64,000 bases of DNA, from assembly GCA_037440005.1 (NCBI GenBank), contig JBBIUY010000008.1:1-64000 (forward strand), written 5' to 3'. Made by a program: the position numbers and the translations under genes. Below, one piece after another: positions 8,784-18,473 of the stretch. The DNA is from Armatimonadota bacterium (GTDB lineage Bacteria > Sysuimicrobiota > Sysuimicrobiia > Sysuimicrobiales > Kaftiobacteriaceae). Within the stretch, counting starts at the first letter, position 1. Every line of letters begins with the position of its first letter. The notes beneath the pieces are model-generated. The model was not told the DNA's origin. It searched no databases and saw nothing but the letters and a program-made list of their open reading frames with translations.

Positions 8784-9671
8784 TCAGGCCGCCGCCCGCA
8801 CCGCCTGGGCCGCCAGGACGAATCCTCCCAGCATGTCCGAGCCTGAGGTCTCCCCCAGGGCCATGACCTGCGCGGCGGCCCGGCGGACGGCGGCGGGATC
8901 CGGGCCGGCGAGGGCGTCCCGCAGATCGTGCCAGCGCTGGCCGGCCTCTCCCCGCGCAGCCGCCGCCAGGTAGGCGGCGCTGATGCGCGTGGTGCGGGGG
9001 ACGGCCTGGTCCGCGATCAGGCGCCTGAGGTCGGACCGTCCCCGCGGAGGCCACAGGGTCAGGGCCACCAGGCATCCGGTCAGGACGTCGTCCCCCGACG
9101 GCGTCAGTCCGGGCCCCAGTCCGGCCAGGCGGCGGGCGGCGTCGGCGGCCGCGGAGGGGTCCTGGTCGCGCAGGGCGGCGGCCAGGTCGTGCAGGCCGGG
9201 ACGGGCGGCCCGGGCCAGGGGACCGTCGTCGTCTTCCCCCACCGCGGGGCGGCCAAGACCTGCAGGTGGCGCGGCCTCCAGCAGCAGGTCCCGCAGCAGG
9301 GCCAGGTGGTCGGCCAGGCGGCCCCGATCACCCGCCCACGGCGTCAGGGTGGCGTCCCAGGGGACGGCGGCGGCCAGGTTCACCCACAAGCTCCCGCCCA
9401 CCTCCACCGCGTCCTCCCGCACGGTGACGGGCTCGCCGGGGCGCAGGAGGGAGAACGGCGGCGTCCCCTCCACGACCACGGTGAACGGACCCGCCGGCAG
9501 ATCCCCGCAGACCACGGCGACGACCTGCCCGTGCAGGTCCAGGTAACAGCTGCGGCTGAAACCAGCCAGCACCACGCCCCCCCGGCCCCGGCCCAGCAGC
9601 GGCAGGACCGACCGGCCCACCACCCTCGCCGGCACCACGCCCGCCTGCGCCCTCACCGCCTCACCCGTCAC
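8784..9671 (-). CDS. DUF2877 (YlbF/AllH-like) protein
   Basis: Signature motifs GLGPGLTPSGDD, TTRIS and GETSGSDM. Confidence 0.85.
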   Translation of the reverse strand: MTGEAVRAQAGVVPARVVGRSVLPLLGRGRGGVVLAGFSRSCYLDLHGQVVAVVCGDLPAGPFTVVVEGTPPFSLLRPGEPVTVREDAVEVGGSLWVNLAAAVPWDATLTPWAGDRGRLADHLALLRDLLLEAAPPAGLGRPAVGEDDDGPLARAARPGLHDLAAALRDQDPSAAADAARRLAGLGPGLTPSGDDVLTGCLVALTLWPPRGRSDLRRLIADQAVPRTTRISAAYLAAAARGEAGQRWHDLRDALAGPDPAAVRRAAAQVMALGETSGSDMLGGFVLAAQAVRAAA

Positions 9672-10221
9672 CGTGCATCCGCCGGGCGGCGTCGGCGATG
9701 GCCTCCACGATTCCCTGGTAGCCGGTGCAGCGGCAGAGGTTGCCGGCGATGGCCTCGCGGATCTGGGCCTCGGTGGGATGGGGGTGCTCGCGGAGAAAGG
9801 CCAGGGCCGTCATCAAAAAGCCGGGCGTGCAGAACCCGCACTGCAGGCCGTGGTGGTCCCGGAACGCCTCCTGCAGGGGGTGCAGGCGCTCGGGGGTGCC
9901 CAGGGACTCCACGGTGGTGATCTCGGCGCCGTCGGCCTGGACCGCCAGCATCAGGCAGCTGCGCACCGGCTCGCCGTCCAGCAGGACGGTGCAGGCGCCG
10001 CACACGCCGTGCTCGCATCCCAGGTGGGTGCCGGTGAGGCCGGCACAGCCGCGGATGAAATCGGCCAGGGTCGTCCGCACGTCCACCTCATCCCGGTACA
10101 CCGTGCCGTTGATGCGCACGGCGACCTCCTGCCGGCTGACCGGAGACACGGACACCCCCGGCCCGGCCGGGGCGCGGGCGCGCCCGCGGTTGCGCGCTTC
10201 TCGGGCTGCGCCGCCTGCCAT
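9661..10221 (-). CDS. coxS: Molybdenum hydroxylase small (2Fe-2S) subunit, CoxS-like
   Basis: GTHLGCEHGVCGACTV, QCGFCTPG, GNLCRCTGY. Confidence 0.93.
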   Translation of the reverse strand: MAGGAAREARNRGRARAPAGPGVSVSPVSRQEVAVRINGTVYRDEVDVRTTLADFIRGCAGLTGTHLGCEHGVCGACTVLLDGEPVRSCLMLAVQADGAEITTVESLGTPERLHPLQEAFRDHHGLQCGFCTPGFLMTALAFLREHPHPTEAQIREAIAGNLCRCTGYQGIVEAIADAARRMHGDG

Positions 10222-11091
10222 CTAGCCGACCTCCCGGGCCCGGTCCGCGGCCCGGCGCAGGGCGCGCTCGGCCAGCACGCCGGCCACCTCGCGGCGGTAC
10301 TCGGCGGAGGCGTGGATGTCGCTGTCGGGTTCCAGCCGCGCGGCCACCACCTTGCGCACCTCCGCGGCCACCGCCGGCGTGAGCTCGCGACCCTCCACGG
10401 CGGCCTCCGCCTCGGCCACCCGCACGGGCGTGGGGCCGACGCCGGTGAACGCCAGGCGCACGCCCTGGCACCGGCCGTCCCGCAGGCGCACCAGGGCCGC
10501 CGCCCCCACCAGGGCGTAGTCGCCGTGGCGGCGGGCCACCTCCATGAAGGCGGTGCCGGCCCCGGGGTGGGCCGGGAACCGCACCTCCACCAGCAGGTCT
10601 TCCGGCGCCAGGGCCGTGGTCAGGTAGGAGACGAAGAAGTCCGCCGCCGGAATCCGCCGGGTGCCTGCCGGTCCCCGCACCACCACCGATCCGTCCAGGG
10701 CCAGGAGCACCGCCGGCAGCTCGGCGGAGGGGTCGGCGTGGGCGATGCTGCCCCCCACCGTCCCGCGGGTGCGGATGGGCGGGTGGCCCACCAGAGGCAG
10801 CGCGTCCGCCAGCAAGGGCAGGAGGCGGCGCACCAGCGCCGACCGCTCGGCGGTCCGCTGTCGGGTCATGGCGCCGATGGCCACCTCGCCGTCGTCCTCC
10901 CGGATGTAGTCCAACTCCCGCACTCGGTTCAGGTCCACCAGCACGCCGGGCCGCACCAGGCGGAGGTTGAGCAGGGGCATCAGGCTCTGCCCGCCCGCCA
11001 GGACCTTGGCCTCGGGGCCGAAGGCCGACAGCAGGGCCAGGGCCTGGTCCACCGACGTGGGGGCGGCGTACCGGAAGGGCGGAGGCTTCAT
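10222..11091 (-). CDS. coxM: Molybdenum hydroxylase FAD-binding medium subunit, CoxM-like
   Basis: MKPPPFRY, KVLAGGQSL, IRTRGTVGGSIAHADPSAE, DIHASAEYR. Confidence 0.93.
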   Translation of the reverse strand: MKPPPFRYAAPTSVDQALALLSAFGPEAKVLAGGQSLMPLLNLRLVRPGVLVDLNRVRELDYIREDDGEVAIGAMTRQRTAERSALVRRLLPLLADALPLVGHPPIRTRGTVGGSIAHADPSAELPAVLLALDGSVVVRGPAGTRRIPAADFFVSYLTTALAPEDLLVEVRFPAHPGAGTAFMEVARRHGDYALVGAAALVRLRDGRCQGVRLAFTGVGPTPVRVAEAEAAVEGRELTPAVAAEVRKVVAARLEPDSDIHASAEYRREVAGVLAERALRRAADRAREVG

Positions 11092-13430
11092 GGCGACGAC
11101 CGCGGGCCCGCGGCGCGGATCAGGTCCCGCAGCCGGCTGGGGCTGAGGGGCATCTCGTTGATCTTCACCCCGAACTCCGACAGGGCGTCTTCCACCGCCT
11201 GGGCGAACAGGGCCGGCACCGGGATGACCCCGGCCTCGCCGGCGCCCTTGATGCCCAGGGGGTTCAGCGGCGAGGGGGTCTCCAGGTGGGCCACCTCCAC
11301 CTCCGGGATCTCCATGGCGGTGGGGAGCAGGTAGTCCATGAACGTCTGGGTCAGCAGCTGCCCGCCGCTGTCGTACACCAGCTTCTCGTAGAAGACCCCG
11401 CCGATGCCCTGGGCCACCCCGCCGCGGATCTGCCCGTCCAGGATCTTGGGGTTGATGACGCGGCCGCAGTCGTGGACCACCACGTAGCGCAGAAAGCGCG
11501 CCAGGCCCGTCTCCGGGTCCACCTCCACCAGGGCCGCGTGCACGCCGTTGGGGAAGGTCCCCCGGGGCGGGGCGAAGTAGCGGCTGGCCTCCAGACCGGG
11601 CTGCTCCCACTCCTCGGGGATGGTGCCCCGCAGGGGGTTGGCCAGGACGGCGATCTCCCCCAGGGTCAGGGACCGTGCCGGCGCCCCGCGCACGTACACC
11701 CGGCCTCCTTCCAGGACCAGGTCCTCCACCCGCGCCTCCAGCCGGGTGGCCGCCACCTTCAGCGCCTTCTCCCGCACCGCCTGGGCGGCTAGGTGCGCGG
11801 CGGTGCCGGCCACCACCGCGGCCCGGCTGGCGAAGGTGCCGGTCCCCCACCCGAAGGCCCCGCTGTCCCCGGTGGTGACCACCACGTCCTCCACCGGCAC
11901 GCTCAGGACGTCGGCGATGATCTGGGCGAAGGAGGTGAAGTGCCCCTGCCCCTGGGTGCCCACGCTGGTGGCGGCGTACACCTTGCCCGAGGGCTCCACC
12001 GTCACCCGGCACCCCTCGTAGGGGCCGATGCCCGACCCTTCCACGTAGCAGGCCACGCCCAGCCCCACGTACCGGCCCTGCCGGCGGTAGCGGGCCTTCT
12101 CCTCCGGCCAGCGGTCGTAGCCGATCATCTGCAGGGCCTTGTCCAGGGTGGCCGGGTAGTTGCCGCTGTCGTACACCAGCGGCGCGTTGTCCTGGTAAAT
12201 CAGCCCCACGTCGTAGGGGAACTCGTGGGGCTGGATGAAGTTGCGCCGGCGCACCTCCGCGCGGTCCAGGCCCAGCTGGTCGGCCACCCGGTCCAGCAGC
12301 CGCTCCATGACGAAGACCCCGTGGGGACGGCCCGCCCCCCGGTAGGGGCTGACGATGGTCTTGGTGGTGAACACCGCCCGGAACTCGCAGTGGTAGGCGG
12401 GGATCTTGTACGGGCCCGGCAGGGTGGTGCTCGCCACGATGGGCACGATCAGGCCGTAGGGGATGTAGGCGCCGGCGTCGTACAGGAACTCGGTGCGCAC
12501 CCCCAGGATGCGGCCGTCCCGGTCGGTGGCGATGGCCGCGTCGTGGATCTGTTCCCGCTCCTGGTTCATGGCCACAAAGCACTCCCGGCGGTCTTCGATC
12601 CACTTGACCGGGCGGCCCAGCTGCATGGCGGCGCAGGGGACCAGGACCTCTTCCGGGTAGAACATCATGATCTTGGGGCCGAACCCGCCGCCGATGTCGG
12701 GGGCGACGACCCGCACCTGGGCCTGGGACAGCCCCAGCAGCCGGGCCAGGCCGTTGCGGATGGGGATGGGGGCCTGGGTGGAGTCCCACACCACCAGCTG
12801 GCGCATGCGCGGGTCCCACTGGGCCACCACGCCCCGGGTCTCCAGCGGCGCCGCGGTGCCCCGGTCGATCACAAACCGCTCCCGCACCACCACCGGCGCC
12901 CGGGCGAACGCCTCCTCCACGTTGCCCACCCGCTGGGTGTAGTGGGCGCACACGTTGGTGCCGATGTCCTCGTGCACCAGGGGGGCGTCGGGGCGGACGG
13001 CCGCTTCCAGGTCCACCACCGGAGGCAGCGGCTCGTAGTCCACCTCGATCAGCTCGGCGGCGTCCTCGGCCCGGTACCGGCTGTCGGCGACCACGAAGGC
13101 CACCGGCTCCCCCACGTGGCGGACCTTGTCCGCGGCCAGGGCGTACTGGGTCTTGTGGTGGACCAGGGCCGGATGCGGGATCAGCTTCGGCAGCGGTCCC
13201 GCCAGGGCGGGCGGCAGGTCGGCGTGGGTGAAGACCGCCACCACCCCCGGGGCCTGGCGGGCCCGGGAGACGTCCACCCGCCGGATGCGGGCGTGGGCGT
13301 GGGGGCTGCGCAGCACGGCGGCGTGCAGCATCCCCGGCAGGGTGATGTCGTCCACGTAGGTGCCCCGTCCGGTGAGCAGCCGGGGGTCTTCCAGACGGGG
13401 GATGGGAGCGCCGAAATACCGGGTCGCCAT
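11088..13430 (-). CDS. coxL: Xanthine dehydrogenase-family molybdopterin large subunit (form II CoxL-like)
   Basis: REDPRLLTG-like start, RSPHAHARI, GGGFGPK, active-site loop PYRGAGRP, QGQGH, GQIRGG..QG, KGAGEAG. Confidence 0.9.
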   Translation of the reverse strand: MATRYFGAPIPRLEDPRLLTGRGTYVDDITLPGMLHAAVLRSPHAHARIRRVDVSRARQAPGVVAVFTHADLPPALAGPLPKLIPHPALVHHKTQYALAADKVRHVGEPVAFVVADSRYRAEDAAELIEVDYEPLPPVVDLEAAVRPDAPLVHEDIGTNVCAHYTQRVGNVEEAFARAPVVVRERFVIDRGTAAPLETRGVVAQWDPRMRQLVVWDSTQAPIPIRNGLARLLGLSQAQVRVVAPDIGGGFGPKIMMFYPEEVLVPCAAMQLGRPVKWIEDRRECFVAMNQEREQIHDAAIATDRDGRILGVRTEFLYDAGAYIPYGLIVPIVASTTLPGPYKIPAYHCEFRAVFTTKTIVSPYRGAGRPHGVFVMERLLDRVADQLGLDRAEVRRRNFIQPHEFPYDVGLIYQDNAPLVYDSGNYPATLDKALQMIGYDRWPEEKARYRRQGRYVGLGVACYVEGSGIGPYEGCRVTVEPSGKVYAATSVGTQGQGHFTSFAQIIADVLSVPVEDVVVTTGDSGAFGWGTGTFASRAAVVAGTAAHLAAQAVREKALKVAATRLEARVEDLVLEGGRVYVRGAPARSLTLGEIAVLANPLRGTIPEEWEQPGLEASRYFAPPRGTFPNGVHAALVEVDPETGLARFLRYVVVHDCGRVINPKILDGQIRGGVAQGIGGVFYEKLVYDSGGQLLTQTFMDYLLPTAMEIPEVEVAHLETPSPLNPLGIKGAGEAGVIPVPALFAQAVEDALSEFGVKINEMPLSPSRLRDLIRAAGPRSSP

Positions 13431-13593
13431 GATCTGTCTGCGATACCCGCGCCGCGCGGGCGGGAACGGTGGAAGTAGTTCTCCGTCCGGCGGGAGACTC
13501 CTGGAGGGCCGCGGGGCGCGGGCGGGGCGATGGACGCCCCGCGGCGGCGGATGGTACAGTACTGGTGCGCACGGTGCGCCCGCTCTGACGCCT

Positions 13594-15642
13594 ATGCCTC
13601 AGCCCCTGTGGGTGCCGTCCGACGACCGGATCCGCGCGGCCAACATGACCGCGTTCCAGGAGATGGTCGCCCGCCGGCACGGCCTGGCGCTGCGGTCCTA
13701 CCGGGACCTGTGGGAGTGGTCGGTGGACCACATCCCCGAGTGCTGGGCCGCGGTGTGGGATTTCGTGGGAATCGTCGCCTCCCGGGGCTACGACCGGGTG
13801 GTGGACGACCTCACGCGGTTTCCCGGCGCGCGCTGGTTCGAGGGCGCCCGGCTGAACTTCGCCCAGAACCTGCTGCGCCACACAGACAGCCCCCGGACAG
13901 CCCTGCTGTTCCGAAACGAGGCCGGACAGCGGCGGGCGCTCACCTACGCCGAGCTGGCGGACGAGGTGGCGAAGGTGGCCGCCTCGCTGCGGGCGGCCGG
14001 GGTCCGGCCGGGGGACCGGGTGGCCGCCTACATGCCCAACGTTCCCGAGACCGTCATCGCCATGCTGGCGGCCACCAGCCTGGGTGCCACCTGGGCGTCC
14101 TGCGCCACCGACCTGGGGCCGGCGGCCGCCCTGGACCGGCTGGGGCAGCTCAGCCCGGTGGTCCTGTTCACCGCCGACGGCTACGTGTACAAGGGGGAGC
14201 GCTACGACACCCGGGAGAAGGCCGCGGCGGTCGCCGCGGGCATCCCCACCCTGCGCCAGGTGGTGGTCGCCTCCTCCCCCGGCGGGGACGGCGAGCCCGG
14301 ACCGATCCCCCGCGCCGTGCGGTGGGAGGAGTTCCGGGCGCCGGCGGGGACCCTGAGGTTCGAGCAGCTGCCCTTTGACCACCCGGTCTACATCATGTTC
14401 TCCTCGGGCACCACCGGCCGGCCCAAGTGCATGGTGCAGGGCGCGGGCGGGGTCCTGCTCAACCACCTCAAGGAGCTGGTCCTGCACACCGACCTGACGC
14501 CCCAGGACCGCATCGTGTACCTCACCACCTGCAGCTGGATGATGTGGAACTGGCTGGTGTCCGCCCTGGCCGTGGGGGCCACGGTGGTCCTCTACGACGG
14601 CCATCCGGCCTGGCCGCGCCCCGACGCCCTGTGGCGGATGGTGGAGGAGGAACGTCTGACCGTGGTCGGGGTGAGCGCCAGCTACCTGAACGCCCTGCGG
14701 GCCGCGGGCGCGCGGCCGGGGGCCAGCTGGGACCTGTCGTCGCTGCGGGAGATCTCCCAGACCGGATCGCCCCTGTCCCCCGACGGCTTCGCCTACGTGT
14801 ACCGGGAGATCAAGGCCGACGTGCACCTGAACTCCATCTCGGGCGGCACCGACATCAACGGCTGCTTCGCGGCCGGCAGCCCCACCCTGCCGGTCTACCC
14901 GGGCCAGGTGCAGGGCCCGGCCCTGGCCATGAAGGTGCGGGCCTACGACGAGGACGGGAATCCCGTCTACGACCGGCCCGGGGAGCTGGTGTGCGAGGCG
15001 CCGGCGCCGTCCATGCCCCTGTATTTCTGGGACGACCCCGACGGCCGCAAGTACCGGGAGGCGTACTTCGCGTTCTACCCGCACCGCCGAGTGTGGCGGC
15101 ACGGGGACTACGTGACCTTCCACAGCGACACCGGCGGGATCACCTTCCACGGGCGGTCCGACGCCGTCCTCAAGCCGTCCGGGGTGCGCATCGGGACGGC
15201 GGAGATCTACAACGTGGTGGAGAAGCTGCCCGGTGTGGCCGACAGCCTGGCGGTGGGGCAGCCCTGGCAGGGCGACCAGCGCATCGTCCTGTTCGTCAAG
15301 ATGGCCCCGGGGCACGCCTTCACCCCCGAGGTGGCGGACCGGATCCGGCGGGCGCTGCGGGAGCAGGCGTCCCCCCGGCACGTGCCCGCGGTGATCCTGC
15401 CCGCCCCCGACATCCCCTACACCCTGAACATGAAGAAGGTGGAAAGCGCCGTGACCAACATCCTGTCCGGCCGGCCGGTGGTCAACCGGGACGCGCTGGT
15501 CAACCCGGAGGCGCTGGCCTACTTCGAGCGGGTCCGGGAGGAGCTGGAGCGCCTCCCGTCCCAGCGAGGAGGCACCCATGAAGGTGGAGGGGACGTACAC
15601 GCTGACGGCTCCCCGGCAGAGGGTGTGGGAGCTGCTCAATGA
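13594..15642 (+). CDS. Acetoacetate--CoA ligase
   Basis: WFEGARLNFAQNLL, YIMFSSGTTGRPKC, SWMMWNWL, SISGGTD, GRSDAVL..SGVRIGTAEIY, PRHVP, KKVE. Confidence 0.92.
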   Translation: MPQPLWVPSDDRIRAANMTAFQEMVARRHGLALRSYRDLWEWSVDHIPECWAAVWDFVGIVASRGYDRVVDDLTRFPGARWFEGARLNFAQNLLRHTDSPRTALLFRNEAGQRRALTYAELADEVAKVAASLRAAGVRPGDRVAAYMPNVPETVIAMLAATSLGATWASCATDLGPAAALDRLGQLSPVVLFTADGYVYKGERYDTREKAAAVAAGIPTLRQVVVASSPGGDGEPGPIPRAVRWEEFRAPAGTLRFEQLPFDHPVYIMFSSGTTGRPKCMVQGAGGVLLNHLKELVLHTDLTPQDRIVYLTTCSWMMWNWLVSALAVGATVVLYDGHPAWPRPDALWRMVEEERLTVVGVSASYLNALRAAGARPGASWDLSSLREISQTGSPLSPDGFAYVYREIKADVHLNSISGGTDINGCFAAGSPTLPVYPGQVQGPALAMKVRAYDEDGNPVYDRPGELVCEAPAPSMPLYFWDDPDGRKYREAYFAFYPHRRVWRHGDYVTFHSDTGGITFHGRSDAVLKPSGVRIGTAEIYNVVEKLPGVADSLAVGQPWQGDQRIVLFVKMAPGHAFTPEVADRIRRALREQASPRHVPAVILPAPDIPYTLNMKKVESAVTNILSGRPVVNRDALVNPEALAYFERVREELERLPSQRGGTHEGGGDVHADGSPAEGVGAAQ

Positions 15643-16015
15643 CCCCGACGTCCTGGCCCGGGCCACGCCGGGGATCACGAGGCTGGTCCCCCAGGGGAAC
15701 GACACCTACCGCGCCACCATCGAGATCGGGGTGGGGCCCGTGCGGGGGACCTACGAGGGACAGGTGCGGATCGCCGACCGCGCGCCGCCGGAGAGGATCC
15801 GCCTGGAGGTGGAAGGGGGCGGCCGCCCGGGGACCATCCGGGCCGTCGGGGAGCTGCACCTGGACGAACGCGGGGGCCAGACGGTGATCACCTACACCGG
15901 GGACGCCCAGGTGACCGGCCTGATCGCCAGCGTGGGGCACCGGCTCATCGGGGGCGTGGCCCGTCAGATGGCCACCGAGTTCTTCAAAGCCCTCGAGCGC
16001 GAGCTGGCCCGCTAG
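15578..16015 (+). CDS. coxG: CoxG / SRPBCC family protein
   Basis: VWELLNDPDVLARATPG, GVGPVRGTYEG, IASVGHRLI..VARQM..EFF; GGAGG RBS. Confidence 0.9.
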   Translation: MKVEGTYTLTAPRQRVWELLNDPDVLARATPGITRLVPQGNDTYRATIEIGVGPVRGTYEGQVRIADRAPPERIRLEVEGGGRPGTIRAVGELHLDERGGQTVITYTGDAQVTGLIASVGHRLIGGVARQMATEFFKALERELAR

Positions 16016-16020
16016 CCCCC

Positions 16021-18345
16021 ATGGTCCTGTCCAAGGCCCTCGGAGCCCGGATCCCGCGCCGCGAAGACCCCCGGCTGGTCACGGGCACCGCCACCTACGT
16101 GGACGACATCGCCCTGCCGGGGATGCTGCACGTGGCCCTGGTCCGCAGCCCCCACGCCCACGCCCGCATCCTCGACCTGGACCCCGCCCCCGCCCGCCGC
16201 GCGCCCGGTGTGGTGGCGGTGTGGACGGGAGACGATGTCCGCGACCGCTGCGGCCCCCTGCCCGTCGGGCCGCGCATCAGGGACATGAAGGTCCCCCGCC
16301 GCTACCCGCTGGTGGTGGACGGGGTGGTCCGCCATGTCGGAGACCCGGTGGCGGCGGTGGTGGCTACCCGCCCGGACCTGGCCCGGGACGCGGCCGACCT
16401 GGTGGAGGTGCGCTACGACCCGCTGCCGGCCGTGGTGGACGTGGAGCAGGCGGCGGCCCCGGGCGCGCCGGTCATCCACCCCGACCTGGGCTCCAACGTC
16501 TGTTACCGCCTGACCTTCGGCGAACCGGTGGACGGGGCGCTGGCCCGCAGCGACGTGGTGGTGTCCCTGCGCATCGTCCAGCAGCGCCTGATCCCCGCGG
16601 CCATGGAGACCCGGGGGGTGGTGGCCGACCCGCGCGGCGGGGAGCTGACCGTGTGGACGTCCACCCAGATCCCCCACGTGGTCCGGACGGCGCTGGCGCA
16701 GATGCTGGGCCTGCCCGAGCACCAGGTGCGGGTGATCGCCCCGGAGGTGGGAGGGGGTTTTGGCAGCAAGCTGGACGTCTACGGCGAGGAGGCGCTGGTG
16801 GCGGCCCTCGCCCTGGCCCTGGGCCGGCCGGTGAAGTGGGTGGAGACCCGCCGGGAAAACTTCCTGGCCACCGTCCACGGCCGCGGGCACGTGGAGTACG
16901 TGGACCTGGGCGCCCGGCGGGACGGGAGCCTTCTGGCGCTGCGGGTGCGGGTGCTGGCCGACCTGGGCGCCTACTCCCAGCTGCTGACCCCGGGCGTCCC
17001 CACCAACACCGGCCTGATGGCCTGCGGGTGCTACCGCATCCCGCAGGCGTTCGCCGAGGTGACGGGGGTGTTCACCACGCTGCCGCCCACCGACGCCTAC
17101 CGGGGGGCCGGCCGGCCCGAGGCCACCTTCCTCATCGAGCGGGCCATGGACGTCCTGGCGGCCCGGCTGGGGATGGACCCGGCGGAGCTGCGCCGGCGCA
17201 ACTTCATCCCCCCCGAGGCGTTCCCCTACCGGACCCCCACCGGCGCCACCTACGACACCGGCGACTACGCCGCCGCCCTGGACCGGGCCCTGCAGATGGT
17301 GGACTACGCCGCCCTGCGGGAGGAGCAGCGCCGCCTGCGGGAGCAGGGGCGGTACCTGGGCATCGGCATCAGCAGTTACGTGGAGATCACGGGGCTGGGC
17401 GCCGCGGCGGGCCTGCCGGGCGGGAGGTGGGAGAGCGCCACCGTGCGGGTGGACCCCACCGGCTCGGTGGTGGTCCTGACCGGGTCTTCACCCCACGGCC
17501 AGGGGGAGGAGACCACCTTCGCCCAGATCGTCAGCGACCGCCTGGGCGTGGCCGTGGACGACGTCCGGGTGGTCCACGGGGACACCCGCGCCGTGCCCTA
17601 CGGGGTCGGCACCTTCGGCAGCCGCACCACGCCCGTGGGCGGCTCGGCGGTGTACCTGGCCTGCCAGCGGGTCCGCGACAAGGCGGTGCGCCTGGCGGCC
17701 CACCTGCTGGAGGCGTCCCCGGCCGACATCGTCTGGGACGGCGCGCGCCTGGCGGTGCGGGGCAGCCCGGACCGGGCGCTGTCGTTTGCGGAGGTGGCCC
17801 GGGCGGCCTACAAGGGGACGCGGCTGCCGGCGAGCGAGGAACCGGGGCTGGAGGCCACGGCGGTGTTCGCGTCGGCGGAGAGCGTGTTCCCCTTCGGCAC
17901 CCACGTGTGCGTGGTGGAGGTGGACCCCGACACAGGCCAGGTCCGCATCCTGCGGTATGTGGCGGTGGACGACTGCGGTGTCGTCCTCAACCCCCTGCTG
18001 GTGGCCGGGCAGGTCCACGGCGGCGTGGTCCAGGGGCTGGCCCAGGCGCTGTGGGAGGAGGCCGTCTTCGACGGCCAGGGCCAGCTGCTGACCGCGAGCC
18101 TGGCCGACTACGCCGTGCCCCGGGCCACCCAGGTGCCGACCATGGAGCTGGCCCACACCGTCACCCCCACCCCCCACAACCCCCTGGGGGCCAAGGGCGT
18201 GGGGGAGGCCGGGACCATCGGCGCCACTCCGGCGGTGGTGAACGCGGTCCTGGACGCCCTGGCTCCGGCCGGCATCGAGCACCTGGACATGCCCCTCACC
18301 CCGCGCAAGATCTGGGAAGCCCTGCACGCGGGCCGGCGCCGGTAG
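16021..18345 (+). CDS. coxL: Second xanthine dehydrogenase-family molybdopterin large subunit (form II CoxL-like)
   Basis: RREDPRLVTG, GGGFGSK, DAYRGAGRPEA, HGQGEET, GTFGSR, GQVHGG, KGVGEAG. Confidence 0.9.
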   Translation: MVLSKALGARIPRREDPRLVTGTATYVDDIALPGMLHVALVRSPHAHARILDLDPAPARRAPGVVAVWTGDDVRDRCGPLPVGPRIRDMKVPRRYPLVVDGVVRHVGDPVAAVVATRPDLARDAADLVEVRYDPLPAVVDVEQAAAPGAPVIHPDLGSNVCYRLTFGEPVDGALARSDVVVSLRIVQQRLIPAAMETRGVVADPRGGELTVWTSTQIPHVVRTALAQMLGLPEHQVRVIAPEVGGGFGSKLDVYGEEALVAALALALGRPVKWVETRRENFLATVHGRGHVEYVDLGARRDGSLLALRVRVLADLGAYSQLLTPGVPTNTGLMACGCYRIPQAFAEVTGVFTTLPPTDAYRGAGRPEATFLIERAMDVLAARLGMDPAELRRRNFIPPEAFPYRTPTGATYDTGDYAAALDRALQMVDYAALREEQRRLREQGRYLGIGISSYVEITGLGAAAGLPGGRWESATVRVDPTGSVVVLTGSSPHGQGEETTFAQIVSDRLGVAVDDVRVVHGDTRAVPYGVGTFGSRTTPVGGSAVYLACQRVRDKAVRLAAHLLEASPADIVWDGARLAVRGSPDRALSFAEVARAAYKGTRLPASEEPGLEATAVFASAESVFPFGTHVCVVEVDPDTGQVRILRYVAVDDCGVVLNPLLVAGQVHGGVVQGLAQALWEEAVFDGQGQLLTASLADYAVPRATQVPTMELAHTVTPTPHNPLGAKGVGEAGTIGATPAVVNAVLDALAPAGIEHLDMPLTPRKIWEALHAGRRR

Positions 18346-18473
18346 CGGGTGACGACGGCCCGCCCGCGGGGCCGCCGTCCGCCGGCACCGACCCGCCGGG
18401 CGATGTCGTTTGGCGTATAATGGGCGGGGATGGAGGCGCCATCCCCGCTGCGTTTTTCGGCGACGGAGGGATC

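Noticed and set aside
11088..18345. Bona fide form I aerobic CO dehydrogenase
   Set aside because: Neither large subunit has the AYxCSFR Cu-binding loop; both have YRGAGR.
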